DNA from: a plasmid
DNA length: 64,000 bases
Sequence record: NZ_CP143948.1
Strand: one strand, 5' to 3'
The position numbers were made by a program, and so were the translations under genes. Of this stretch, positions 8,871 through 19,019 are shown in pieces. Under the pieces are notes generated by a model. That model was not told the origin of the DNA. It saw only the letters and a list, made by a program, of their open reading frames with translations, and did not search any database. The stretch's first letter is position 1, and every line of letters begins with the position of its first letter.

Positions 8871-9355
8871 CAATACATTCGGAGTTTGAAGCCCTTGATT
8901 GCCTGATTATTAATATGCATATAATCTTTTCTTCGCAGTTTATCTGGGAAATCTTTTAGTCATGTCTAAATTTAGAAGCACCTACTTTTCATCTTTAAGA
9001 ATCCTACGTTGCAGAATTCTTACCGCTTTTTAATCAGGAGTGCGCACTTGTTCCGCAATTACCTACTTGTTGTACTTTTTATTATCGTAACTATCCAGAA
9101 CCACCACACACATTCACAAAACCGCACGATATTTGTACTTTATCTGCACTCTGTTTAGCATCGCTGCTACACAGCTAATTTCGCTCATATTTGCGGTATG
9201 GTTGCATGGTTAACCACTCAAGTAACTAACCTATGAACTTATAATAGATAATATAAATAATATTGTCAACTGTATTTTTCTCCATATAAAAAAGACCATA
9301 CACTCAGTTGTTTTCTGAATGTATGATCCTTTAATTCATCTTATTCCCAACAGCA

Positions 9356-10075
9356 CTATGGTAGTTCAAATGTCAGCCTCTCCCCTGTCGCAGGATGGTC
9401 AAAAACAATCTTGTATGAGCAAAGTGCAAGCTGCTCCCTCACACCGAAACCGGTGCGTCCTGATTTGCTTCCCGTTCCTGAGTTATTTGAGACAGTCTTC
9501 CCATACTTGGTATCTCCAATCAGAGGATAGCCGATATTTGCAAGCTGCAAACGTATCTGATGGTGCCTTCCTGTGAGAAGCTTTATGTCAAATTCTGTTT
9601 TATTGCATTCATTTGATATTATCCTGTACTGAAGCACTGCTTTTTTTGCCTGCCTGTCTTTTTCGCTTGTGATTTTAGATGTATTGGTACGCTTGTCGAA
9701 AGAGATATAATCTGTGAGAGTATGCCATGCCAGATCATGATTATCTTCTTTATTATCTTCTTCCTTATCTGCTCCTGACACTCCCTGCCCTCTGCTTGCC
9801 GCACGATAATATTTCTCGATTGTATGCTCCTTTATCTGTCTGCTCAAAGAAGCCGCGGCTTTCTGATTCTTGGCAAATACCATCACTCCCTCTACCGGCT
9901 GGTCGAGCCTATGCACTATGCCAACATAGGGTGGCTCATTTTTAGCCGCCCTGTAATTTCTTATGAAGCTCTCCATATCCTGCTGCCCTATACGCCTGGT
10001 CTGTGTAGCAATTCCCGCCGGCTTATAGCAGACGATAATGTCGTTGTCTTCGTAAATAATATCTGGTTTTCCCAT
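9356..10075 (-). CDS. RluA-family pseudouridine synthase
   Basis: HRLDQPVEGVMVFAKN catalytic motif. Start trimmed to MGKPDIIY, with GGGAG upstream. A terminator hairpin plus T-run lies at ~9296-9340. Confidence 0.8.
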   Translation of the reverse strand: MGKPDIIYEDNDIIVCYKPAGIATQTRRIGQQDMESFIRNYRAAKNEPPYVGIVHRLDQPVEGVMVFAKNQKAAASLSRQIKEHTIEKYYRAASRGQGVSGADKEEDNKEDNHDLAWHTLTDYISFDKRTNTSKITSEKDRQAKKAVLQYRIISNECNKTEFDIKLLTGRHHQIRLQLANIGYPLIGDTKYGKTVSNNSGTGSKSGRTGFGVREQLALCSYKIVFDHPATGERLTFELP

Positions 10076-10255
10076 GTTGTAACTCCCACAAATTGTTATT
10101 GTAACTTTTAACTGTTCAGCACATTTACAGTTGCGATACGCAAGCATATAGCCAAGTGTCACCTCACATACAAACGAAGGCAGCATCGGTATAAAATAAT
10201 AGTTACTTATTATATTTTATCAACTCAATGAGTTGTTAGCAATGGTATTAAAAAA

Positions 10256-11005
10256 CTAATTCTGACAATTTAATATTCTTTTTGCACATTCTATCTGTTC
10301 CTTTGTAGGAGGCTCCACCCCTTCAAGCTGATATGGTATACCAAGCTCCTTCCACTTGAACACCCCAAGTGTGTGGTACGGCAGCACCTCAACCCTTTCC
10401 ACCGTTTTAAGTGTGTCGATAAACTCTCTAAGCTGCTTTAAATATCTCTCATCCGTGGTGATTCCAGGCACAAGCACATGACGTATCCACATTTTTTTAC
10501 CGTTTTTTGAGAGATATTGTGCCATATCAAGGATATTCTTATTTGTCTGTCCCGTAAGCTTTTTGTGCTCCTCGTCATCTATATGCTTGATGTCCAGCAT
10601 GAAGAGATCTGTATATTTCATCAGCTCATTAAATTTGCCGAAAAACGGTTCTTCCACGGTAAACGGATTTCCTGATGTGTCAAGGCATGTGTTTACACCT
10701 TTTTCCTTTGCAAACTTAAATAGCTCTGTGACAAAGTCTATCTGCAAAAGTGCTTCACCTCCGCTTACTGTGATGCCACCTGTTTGCTTCCAGTACGCTT
10801 TATAGCGCATGGCGGTCTTTAGCACCTCCTGCGGTGTCATCAGCTTTGCACCGTCATTTTCGCCGCATTTGGCCCATGTGTCCGGGTTATGGCAGTATTT
10901 ACAGCGCATATTGCAGCCCTTCAAAAATACTATATATCTCACTCCCGGGCCGTCGGCTGAGCCGAAGCTTTCTACCGAGTGTACTCTTCCTAGTGTTTCT
11001 CCCAT
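10256..11005 (-). CDS. pflA: Pyruvate formate-lyase activating enzyme (glycyl-radical enzyme activase, radical SAM)
   Basis: CNMRCKYCHNPDTW CxxxCxxC radical-SAM motif. About 249 aa, typical for PflA. Confidence 0.9.
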   Translation of the reverse strand: MGETLGRVHSVESFGSADGPGVRYIVFLKGCNMRCKYCHNPDTWAKCGENDGAKLMTPQEVLKTAMRYKAYWKQTGGITVSGGEALLQIDFVTELFKFAKEKGVNTCLDTSGNPFTVEEPFFGKFNELMKYTDLFMLDIKHIDDEEHKKLTGQTNKNILDMAQYLSKNGKKMWIRHVLVPGITTDERYLKQLREFIDTLKTVERVEVLPYHTLGVFKWKELGIPYQLEGVEPPTKEQIECAKRILNCQN

Positions 11006-11199
11006 GTTTTACCTGCCACTCAAAATGTGTTCAAATATACTCAAACACATCGAGAAATTAAAGTCCTTGCGGATACTTCTTACTGCTTCGATGTGTATGC
11101 TTTGGCGATTGTAAACAATACGCTACTCACAAGTTCGTGTACACTCCACAGTCGTAAATTCCTGCGATAGCCCGCAGTACATACTTACGTTTGCGTTTA

Positions 11200-12360
11200 T
11201 TATGCAACTTCGTAAGTTAAAGCATCTCTTAGATTAAGAGCAGCATTGAAATCCCTATCCTCAACATAACCACAATCACAACGATATATTCTATCTGAAA
11301 GCTTCAAATCTTTCTTGATAGCACCACAGCAATGACATATTTTGGATGATGGATACCATCTGTCTACGACTCTTAATTCAATACCATTTTCATCACATTT
11401 TGCTTTAAGCTTGGTTCTAAATTCATAGAACTTCTGTGACGCAACAGCTTTTGAAAGATGTCTGTTCTTCATCATTCCTGATACATTCAAATTTTCAATA
11501 GTTATATAAGATGGCTTGGTTTTCACTATCTCAGCTATTGATTTATTGATATAATCAGTACGGATATTATCTATTTTATGATGAAGTCTTTGTACTTTGA
11601 GCTTTTGCTTTTGTATATTCTTTTGAGTGGACTCTCCTTTCTTTAAGTTCTCATATTTTCGTGAGAGACATCTTTGTTCTCTACGCAGTTTCTTTTCCAA
11701 TTTTTTAATTCTTGTTGACTTATTGATATTTTTATAAGTTTTACCATTGGAAACAATCGCCAAGTCTTTTAAACCCAAGTCAATTCCTATACCACCATTG
11801 CTATTATTAGCAATCTTAACGTTGGGAATTTCTACAAGAACTGACACATAGTATCTGTCTGCTTTGACGGATACTGTACCGCTTTTGATTTTCCATCCGT
11901 CTTTAGTTGTTGGTATATAACCTTTTTCTTTAATGCGTACCCAACCTAAAGTGGGTATGTTCAGCCTATGTCTCTCACATCTACAGTCTTTAGTATTGTT
12001 CTTTACGAAATACATTTTTACATCAGATTTACCTTTCTTTTTGAAATTAGGAAAAGCGCTTTGATGTTTAAAAAATCTTGTAAATGCAGTACATCCATCT
12101 TCAATAGACTTTTTTACAGCTTTTGAATATGCTTCTTTAATCCATATTTTATCAGGATTATTAGGAATATACTCATTATTAAGCCATACGCTGAAACTCT
12201 TGCCAGTCATAAACTTTTCACCGTTATCATATAAAGTTTTGTTGTGACCGAGATAGAAGTTATAGACGTACCTACAAGTGCCAATAGTCTTGTTAATCTT
12301 GATTTTTTGCTCAATCGTCGGATTTATTTCCGTCTTGAAGCTCTTTAGCAATTTCCTCAT
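11200..12360 (-). CDS. tnpB: TnpB (IS605 OrfB / IS1341-type RNA-guided endonuclease), 386 aa
   Basis: RuvC-I-like GIDLGLKDLA, C-terminal zinc finger CHCCGAIKKDLKLSDRIYRCDCGYVEDRDFNAALNL, K/R-rich central region. Confidence 0.85.
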   Translation of the reverse strand: MRKLLKSFKTEINPTIEQKIKINKTIGTCRYVYNFYLGHNKTLYDNGEKFMTGKSFSVWLNNEYIPNNPDKIWIKEAYSKAVKKSIEDGCTAFTRFFKHQSAFPNFKKKGKSDVKMYFVKNNTKDCRCERHRLNIPTLGWVRIKEKGYIPTTKDGWKIKSGTVSVKADRYYVSVLVEIPNVKIANNSNGGIGIDLGLKDLAIVSNGKTYKNINKSTRIKKLEKKLRREQRCLSRKYENLKKGESTQKNIQKQKLKVQRLHHKIDNIRTDYINKSIAEIVKTKPSYITIENLNVSGMMKNRHLSKAVASQKFYEFRTKLKAKCDENGIELRVVDRWYPSSKICHCCGAIKKDLKLSDRIYRCDCGYVEDRDFNAALNLRDALTYEVA

Positions 12361-12961
12361 CCCTTTCTATTTGTTTTTCATACTTACGAAGTCCATACAA
12401 CCTGCAAGAGAATACATGAAGTATAGAAACAATATCCTGTACGAGTTCTTCCTGTGGTGATAGTTCTTCGTTGTTCACTACCACAATGCTTGTATTAAAC
12501 TTCATACAGAATTTTTCAAACCAATCGTAACCAAATCTGATAAATCTATCTTTATGAGTTACTATTATGGTTTTTATTTTCTGTTCCATTACTTCATTTA
12601 ATAATTCATTCCACTTTTTACGATTGTAATTAAGACCACTTCCATAATCCTCAATACACTGGTCTATAATAATACCTTTAGCATTACAAAACTGTCGCAA
12701 AAATGCAACTTGATTCTGTAAATCATCTTTTTGATTTCTTGTAGACACTCTGGCATAAATAACTACCTGACGTTTATCATTTTCAATATTTATGCCTTTG
12801 AATTGAAGGTACTGGTCATAGGTATAATAACGCCTATCAGTTGGAGTTCGATTTGCCTTTAAAGTTCCTTCTCTGTCCCAGCGTTGCAATGTCTTAACAG
12901 ACACACCTAACAGTTCAGCAAAATCTTTTGGCTTATAATTTGTGATATTTGATGTATTCAT
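12311..12961 (-). CDS. tnpA: IS607-family TnpA serine recombinase (MerR-like HTH N-terminus plus resolvase catalytic domain)
   Basis: FAELLGVSVKTLQRWDREG HTH; VVIYARVSTRNQKDDLQNQ catalytic serine motif. 216 aa. Confidence 0.85.
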   Translation of the reverse strand: MNTSNITNYKPKDFAELLGVSVKTLQRWDREGTLKANRTPTDRRYYTYDQYLQFKGINIENDKRQVVIYARVSTRNQKDDLQNQVAFLRQFCNAKGIIIDQCIEDYGSGLNYNRKKWNELLNEVMEQKIKTIIVTHKDRFIRFGYDWFEKFCMKFNTSIVVVNNEELSPQEELVQDIVSILHVFSCRLYGLRKYEKQIERDEEIAKELQDGNKSDD

Positions 12962-13283
12962 AATAATTTACTCCTTTGAGTATATTTAAACACATTTAAT
13001 CACATTTAACAATATATTCAATTACTTATTTTCTCCTCCTAGGTTGTTGCTACTACTTTTATTTTATGGTACGGAATTTTCGGCAACCCGCCAGCCGGGA
13101 CTTTTCAATGCTCAGGTTCTTCGGGCTAAGAGGCTGTATGAATTATGATTTTGGTTTTCTATGCTTGACGCGACCGGCTTTTACACACCTTCCGAAAATT
13201 CCTTACGCTGTGGTGTTATTTAGAAAATCAGAATATGCAGGCACTTGGCCTGCACATTCTGGAATGTTGGATATTTTTTTATA

Positions 13284-15536
13284 TTACATTCTCTCGTGGC
13301 ATGTACGTGAGATTACATCGAGCTGCTGCTCTCTTGTGAGGTCGATGAACTTAACTGCGTATCCTGATACTCGGATTGTGAAGTTTGCGTACTCCTCCTT
13401 CTCAGGATGCTCCATTGCATCGATGAGCTTCTCTTTACCGAATACGTTTACATTGAGGTGATGTGCACCCTGATCGAAGTATCCGTCCATTACGTTTACA
13501 AGGTTGTCGATTCTCTCTCCCTCGTTGTTTCCGAGTGCTCCCGGATTGATGGTCTGTGTATTTGAGATTCCATCAAGCGCCCACTCATATGGAAGCTTTG
13601 TGAGTGAGTTTAAGGATGCGAGAAGTCCGTTCTGCTCTGCGCCGTATGATGGGTTTGCTCCCGGTGAGAGTGGCTCTCCGGCTTTACGTCCGTCAGGCAT
13701 TGCTCCTGTAGCTTTTCCGTATACTACGTTTGATGTAATTGTAAGGATTGATGTTGTAGGCTCTGAATCACGGTATGTGTGATGCTTCTTTAACTTGTCC
13801 ATGAATGTCTTAAGAAGCCATACACCGATTTCGTCCGCGCGGTCATCATCGTTTCCGTATTTAGGGAACTCTCCCTCGATTTCGAAATCCTTTGCCAGTC
13901 CGCTCTCGTCACGGACTACTTTAACCTTTGCATATTTGATTGCTGAAAGAGAATCGATTACGTGTGAGAATCCTGCGATTCCTGTTGCAAATGTTCTCTT
14001 TAAGTCTGTATCCATGAGTGCAAGCTCTGCTGCCTCATAGTAGTATTTGTCATGCATGTACTGGATAAGGTTTAATGTATTTACATAGATGTCTACTAAC
14101 CAGTCCATCATCTTGTCGTATTTCGCCATTACCTCGTCATAGTCAAGGTACTCTGCTGTGATAGGTGCGTAGTTTGGTCCTACCTGCTCACCTGATTTTT
14201 CATCAACACCACCGTTGATAGCGTAAAGGAGACATTTTGCAAGGTTTGCACGTGCTCCGAAGAACTGCATCTCTTTACCTGTCTGTGTTGCAGATACACA
14301 GCAGCAGATTGCATAATCATCGCCCCATACAGGCTTCATTGCGTCATCGTTCTCATACTGGATTGAGCTTGTCTCAATTGAGATGCGGGCTGCATAATCC
14401 TTGAAGGTCTGAGGAAGCTTTGATGAGTAGAATACTGTGAGGTTTGGCTCCGGTGCAGGTCCCATGTTCTCTAATGTATGGAGGAAACGGAAGTCTGTCT
14501 TTGTAACCATTGAACGTCCGTCCACACCTGTTCCTGCCACGTCAAGTGTTGCCCATACAGGATCACCTGAGAATAACTGGTTGTATGAAGGAATACGTGC
14601 AAATTTAACCATACGAAGCTTCATTGTAAAATGGTCGATGAGCTCCTGTGCTTCCTGCTCTGTGAGGATGCCCTTGTCCATATCTCTCTTGATGTAAATG
14701 TCAAGGAATGTAGATACACGTCCTACTGACATTGCTGCACCATTCTGTGTCTTGATTGCTGCAAGGTATCCGAAGTATAACCACTGAACTGCCTCTTTTG
14801 CGTTTGTTGCAGGTCTTGAGATATCATATCCGTAAATCTCTGCAAGCTTCTTCATATCCTCAAGACATTTAATCTGCTCTGCGATTTCCTCTCTTAAACG
14901 GATAACATCATCTGTCATCTGTCCACAGCCACAGTTTGCCTTATCCTTCTTTTTCTCTTCGATGAGATAATCAAGTCCGTATAATGCTACACGACGGTAA
15001 TCGCCTACGATACGTCCACGGCCGTATGTGTCAGGAAGACCTGTAAGGATCTTTGCATGACGAACCTTCATCATCTCAGGTGTGTATGCATCGAATACTG
15101 CTGTGTTGTGTGTCTTATGATATTTTGTGAAAATTTCCTTGAGCTTGTCGCTTACATTGTAACCATATGTCTCAGCAGCCTGTACTGCCATCTTGATTCC
15201 ACCGTAAGGCATGAATGCTCTCTTTAACGGCTTATCTGTCTGAAGACCTACAATCTGCTCGAGGTCCTTTAATGACTCATCTATATATCCAGGGCCGTAA
15301 GCTGTAATTCCTGTTACAACCTCTGTCTCCATGTCAAGAACTCCGCCCTTGGCACGCTCCTCTTTCTGTAATTTCTGAAGCGCATCCCACAGCTTGTTTG
15401 TAGCATCTGTCGGATCAGCTAAAAAGCTCTCATCTCCGTCGTATGGAGTGTAGTTGTCCTGAATAAACTGACGGACGTTGATTTCCTCTTTCCAAAGACG
15501 TCCTTCAAATCCATCCCACTCTTTCATCTCTATCAT
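13284..15536 (-). CDS. pflB: Pyruvate formate-lyase (formate C-acetyltransferase), glycyl radical enzyme
   Basis: 750 aa. C-terminal glycyl-radical motif RVSGYAVKF and the active-site CC pair (AICCCVS). Confidence 0.95.
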   Translation of the reverse strand: MIEMKEWDGFEGRLWKEEINVRQFIQDNYTPYDGDESFLADPTDATNKLWDALQKLQKEERAKGGVLDMETEVVTGITAYGPGYIDESLKDLEQIVGLQTDKPLKRAFMPYGGIKMAVQAAETYGYNVSDKLKEIFTKYHKTHNTAVFDAYTPEMMKVRHAKILTGLPDTYGRGRIVGDYRRVALYGLDYLIEEKKKDKANCGCGQMTDDVIRLREEIAEQIKCLEDMKKLAEIYGYDISRPATNAKEAVQWLYFGYLAAIKTQNGAAMSVGRVSTFLDIYIKRDMDKGILTEQEAQELIDHFTMKLRMVKFARIPSYNQLFSGDPVWATLDVAGTGVDGRSMVTKTDFRFLHTLENMGPAPEPNLTVFYSSKLPQTFKDYAARISIETSSIQYENDDAMKPVWGDDYAICCCVSATQTGKEMQFFGARANLAKCLLYAINGGVDEKSGEQVGPNYAPITAEYLDYDEVMAKYDKMMDWLVDIYVNTLNLIQYMHDKYYYEAAELALMDTDLKRTFATGIAGFSHVIDSLSAIKYAKVKVVRDESGLAKDFEIEGEFPKYGNDDDRADEIGVWLLKTFMDKLKKHHTYRDSEPTTSILTITSNVVYGKATGAMPDGRKAGEPLSPGANPSYGAEQNGLLASLNSLTKLPYEWALDGISNTQTINPGALGNNEGERIDNLVNVMDGYFDQGAHHLNVNVFGKEKLIDAMEHPEKEEYANFTIRVSGYAVKFIDLTREQQLDVISRTCHERM

Positions 15537-15856
15537 TGTAATATCCTCCTTAAAATGTATGAATGTTACTTCGTTTGATTAGTTTTGTTTAACTGTGGTT
15601 AGTATATACTTACTACAGTATTTTTGTCAATATCCCTGTTGTTTCTTTTGAGATACATTCCCTGGTTATTTACACGACCATGGCTGATTTTATAATCAAA
15701 AAGAGCCAACTGTCCGGGTTTATCGCCCAGACGGTCGGCTCTTATTTGTTATATTTCATGTGGTTATTCCACTTATCCGTCAGTCATATAACACGTTCAT
15801 AGTAGACTATTTTTCTCAATAAAGCAATAGTGTTTTAGAACTATTTTTATTCTTTT

Positions 15857-16906
15857 CTATTCCGCACGAACCGCCCAGCGCATCTTCGTGGACCTGGCAC
15901 GTCCGTTCTGAGCACATTCCTGTGCTGATGGACGAATCACATCCTTGGAATAGTCGCTGTATATTCCTGCTTTATATCCTGCCTTGAGTGCCTTTTTGAC
16001 CAGCTTGTCCTCTCCTGAATGGAAGGTAAGAATGGCAGCTCTTCCACCGGGCTTTAATGCTCCCGGGAGCTTTTCCATAAACTCATATAGCACTTCAAAC
16101 TCATGGTTTACGTCTATGCGAAGCGCCTGGAATGTGCGCTGACAGGTCTTTTTGATTATGTCCTTCTTATCCTTTTCAGGGAGAAAATCGAGTGTCTGCT
16201 CTATAATGTGACGAAGCTTTGTGGTCGTATCTATGCGGTTGCCCTTCCTGATCTCGTCTGTGATTGCCTTTGCAAGCTCCTCGCAATACGGCTCATCTGA
16301 GTTCTCATAGAGCATACCCGAAAGCTCCTCACGGGATATATTATCAAGCCGCTCTGCTGCACTGATACCGGCATTTGGATTAAGACGCAGATCCAGCGGT
16401 CCATCCACCTTAAACGAAAAACCACGCTCAGGATTATCTATCTGCATTGATGAAACTCCCAGATCGGCAAGTATGAAATCAAAGCCTCCTACTTCCTTTG
16501 CAATCTCATCTATTGTGCAGAAGTTCTGAAGCTTTATGGTGAGAATATCCTCTCCAAAACCTGCTTCCGCGAGACGCTTTTTTGTCTTTTCAGACTCGAT
16601 TGGGTCAACATCTGTAGCAAACATATGTCCCTGTCCTTCAAGCTTTTCAAGCATTGCCCTTGTGTGGCCACCGTATCCGAGTGTGGCATCAAAGCCTGTC
16701 TGTCCCGGCTTTATGTCCAGAAAATCTATGATTTCTTTTACCATTATGGATATGTGCATGCCCGCAGGGGTATTTCCCTTGCTGATGACATGCTCAATTG
16801 TATCCTTGTATTTCTCCGGATTTAATTCCTTGTATTTTTCCTCAAATTTTTTGGGATATTTTCCGCTATAGTGCACGCGGCGCTTGTGCTGTTTTTCTTC
16901 GCTCAT
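15857..16906 (-). CDS. RsmH/MraW-family 16S rRNA (cytosine1402-N4)-methyltransferase paralog with a ~40-aa N-terminal extension
   Basis: DLGVSSMQID, RGFSF, DGPLDLRL, RTFQALRIDVN, GGRAAILTFHSGEDK, NGRARSTKMR. All match RsmH signature blocks. Terminator hairpin at ~15700-15750. Confidence 0.75.
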   Translation of the reverse strand: MSEEKQHKRRVHYSGKYPKKFEEKYKELNPEKYKDTIEHVISKGNTPAGMHISIMVKEIIDFLDIKPGQTGFDATLGYGGHTRAMLEKLEGQGHMFATDVDPIESEKTKKRLAEAGFGEDILTIKLQNFCTIDEIAKEVGGFDFILADLGVSSMQIDNPERGFSFKVDGPLDLRLNPNAGISAAERLDNISREELSGMLYENSDEPYCEELAKAITDEIRKGNRIDTTTKLRHIIEQTLDFLPEKDKKDIIKKTCQRTFQALRIDVNHEFEVLYEFMEKLPGALKPGGRAAILTFHSGEDKLVKKALKAGYKAGIYSDYSKDVIRPSAQECAQNGRARSTKMRWAVRAE

Positions 16907-17003
16907 TTTATGCTCCGTTTCATTCTGAGTTAGAACTGTTATGCTGACTTTTGCTACAGTATAACTTTTATTTTACTTTTCCGCAAGATAATGACTTACA
17001 TTC

Positions 17004-18389
17004 CTATACCATCTGCACGAGCCACACGTCGCTTTTCACCATGAAGTATCCGATGACTACCTTTATCAGCTCTGTGGCCTGCACTAGGAAGTACACCGCT
17101 ACTATGCCAAGTGCTGTGTATTTGGCAAGCACAAATGCCACCGGCACCACTATCACCCACGTAAATACGGAGTCAAACAGAAATGTGACCAGTGTCTTGC
17201 CTCCTGAGCGGAGTGTGAAATACGACGAATGTGTAAATGCACAAAACGGCATAATTATCGCTGATACCGCTATGAAGCTTGTTGCGAGTGACTTGATTTC
17301 ATCTGTTGTGTTATATATCTGAGGGAAAAATCCGCCTACCAGAAGCATGACCGCCGCCATTACAGAACAGCAGAACACACTGAACACTATCATCTTGTTA
17401 TCCGCATCCTTTGCCTTTTCAAGCTCACCGGCTCCAAGATACTGCCCTACAACTATGCTGATGCATGCGCCAAGCTGTATAAACACGATATTGAAAAGGT
17501 TTGTTATCGTTGTCGCAATGTTTAAACCTGCGATTACCGAGAGTCCTCGTACTGAATAGCACTGTGTAACCGTTGTCATGCCTGCTGCCCATAAAAGCTC
17601 ATTGAGCATGAGTGGCAGTCCCTTGATGAATATAGTCTTAAACTCACCAAACGGCATTCCTATTCCTCTGTAAGCGCCCTCGAGATATCTGTTCTTATCC
17701 CTGTTTTTATGCGCCCACAGCACAACTATTATTGTCTCAATATATCGCGACATCACAGTGGCAATAGCGGCTCCCGCCACACCCAGCTTTGGTATCGGTC
17801 CTATTCCGAAGATGAGCAGAAAATCAAGCACCGCATTGCTTCCAACTGCTGCAAAGCTTGCAACCATCGGTACAAAAGTCTGTCCTGTTTCCTTTATGTT
17901 TGTCGCATAGGCCTGCGTCACCGCAAACGGTATGAGACCTATCATAACAATTTCCAGATATTCCTTTCCATATGCCAGTGCTACCTCCGTGGCACCGTTT
18001 CCTGCCGTATCTGTCAGATAAAGTGATATGAAACCTGTTCCGTTCGTGATAAACAGTGTCATCGCTATTGCTGTAACAAGCAGCGCTGCATACAGCTTGA
18101 ATCTGAAGGAATACATATGCCCTTTATGATTTCCCTTGCCAAAATACTGTGCTCCGAATATACTTGCCGCTGACACCGCCCCAAATACAGCCAGATTGTA
18201 CACAAATATGAGCTGGTTTACGATTGCTACTCCTGACATCTGCTCTGTACCAAGCTGTCCTACCATAATGTTGTCCAGAAAGCTTACCAGATTTGTGATT
18301 GCATTCTGGATTATCATTGGTATGGCCAGCATGAGATATCGCTTATAAAATGCTTTGTCTCCTATATATTTTTGTCTGAATTTATGCAT
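17004..18389 (-). CDS. MATE-family multidrug/oligosaccharidyl-lipid efflux transporter
   Basis: 461 aa and 12 TM. MATE-like N-terminus (YKRYLMLAIPMIIQNAITNLVSFLDNIMVGQLG). Confidence 0.85.
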   Translation of the reverse strand: MHKFRQKYIGDKAFYKRYLMLAIPMIIQNAITNLVSFLDNIMVGQLGTEQMSGVAIVNQLIFVYNLAVFGAVSAASIFGAQYFGKGNHKGHMYSFRFKLYAALLVTAIAMTLFITNGTGFISLYLTDTAGNGATEVALAYGKEYLEIVMIGLIPFAVTQAYATNIKETGQTFVPMVASFAAVGSNAVLDFLLIFGIGPIPKLGVAGAAIATVMSRYIETIIVVLWAHKNRDKNRYLEGAYRGIGMPFGEFKTIFIKGLPLMLNELLWAAGMTTVTQCYSVRGLSVIAGLNIATTITNLFNIVFIQLGACISIVVGQYLGAGELEKAKDADNKMIVFSVFCCSVMAAVMLLVGGFFPQIYNTTDEIKSLATSFIAVSAIIMPFCAFTHSSYFTLRSGGKTLVTFLFDSVFTWVIVVPVAFVLAKYTALGIVAVYFLVQATELIKVVIGYFMVKSDVWLVQMV

Positions 18390-18520
18390 GTTTGTCCCCC
18401 TTTCGATTTCTCCATGGTTCTTTCGTGCAATGTTACTATTTTACTACGTCAGACTTTATTTTTCAAATATTTTATGTGTTTTCCTTAATTTATTTTAGGA
18501 TTCAGAATTTTGTATCATAA

Positions 18521-18815
18521 TGGCCATGGGGCTGGGCGTAAGTCACAGAGTCCGGGCGGGCACGCCACACTCTCGCTTCCGCTACGCTTCGCAGCTAAGA
18601 TTCTGTACGAATTATGCCTTTGGGTTTTTCTATGCTTGACGAAACCGGCTTTTATGCGCCGTCCATGGCGCATAACGCCTTGCCCAGCCGTCCATGGCTG
18701 GGCATTTCTGGGTTTCATGGGCATAATTCTACAGCTTCTAAGCTGCTCCGCTATTCGCGTCCGCGAGGGTGCGACGTGCCCACCCGGACTCTGCGACTTA
18801 CGCCCCTTACGTTGT
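18521..18815. repeat. ~295-bp near-perfect palindrome (arms ~95 nt, ~85-90% complementary; ~90-nt CCATGG-rich centre); MITE-like element or long-hairpin RNA
   Basis: Left arm ggcgtaagtcacagagtccgggcgggcacgccacactctcgc...ctgtacgaattatgcc. The reverse complement of the right arm is ggcgtaagtcgcagagtccgggtgggcacgtcgcaccctcgc...ctgtagaattatgccc. Confidence 0.55.
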
Positions 18816-19019
18816 GGATGGGTTTAATTTTTATTGTATCTGCGTCCTATTATAAACGGCACCGGAAACTATTATATCGAAGCTATTGTATAATAACAGT
18901 ACTATTTTTCAATAATTAAAGCTCCCAACTGACAACACTATTTGTGCTGTCACTTGGGAGCTCTTAATTTAATTTTTTATTATAGTTTTACTTTTTATGT
19001 CAATATCCTGTTTATTTGT

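Larger units (their letters stand above)
11060..13060 (-). mobile_element. IS607-family insertion sequence (tnpA serine recombinase plus tnpB); boundaries approximate
   Basis: tnpA and tnpB overlap by 50 nt, the canonical IS607 organisation. The element sits between pflB and pflA. No terminal inverted repeats are expected for this family. Confidence 0.6.

Noticed and set aside
18510-18827. ORFs 18510..18827(+), 18515..18724(-) and 18614..18919(+), 101-105 aa
   Set aside because: They are mirror images produced by the long palindrome: the same peptide CPPGLCDLRP appears on both strands. There is no RBS, and composition is GC-skewed relative to real genes here.
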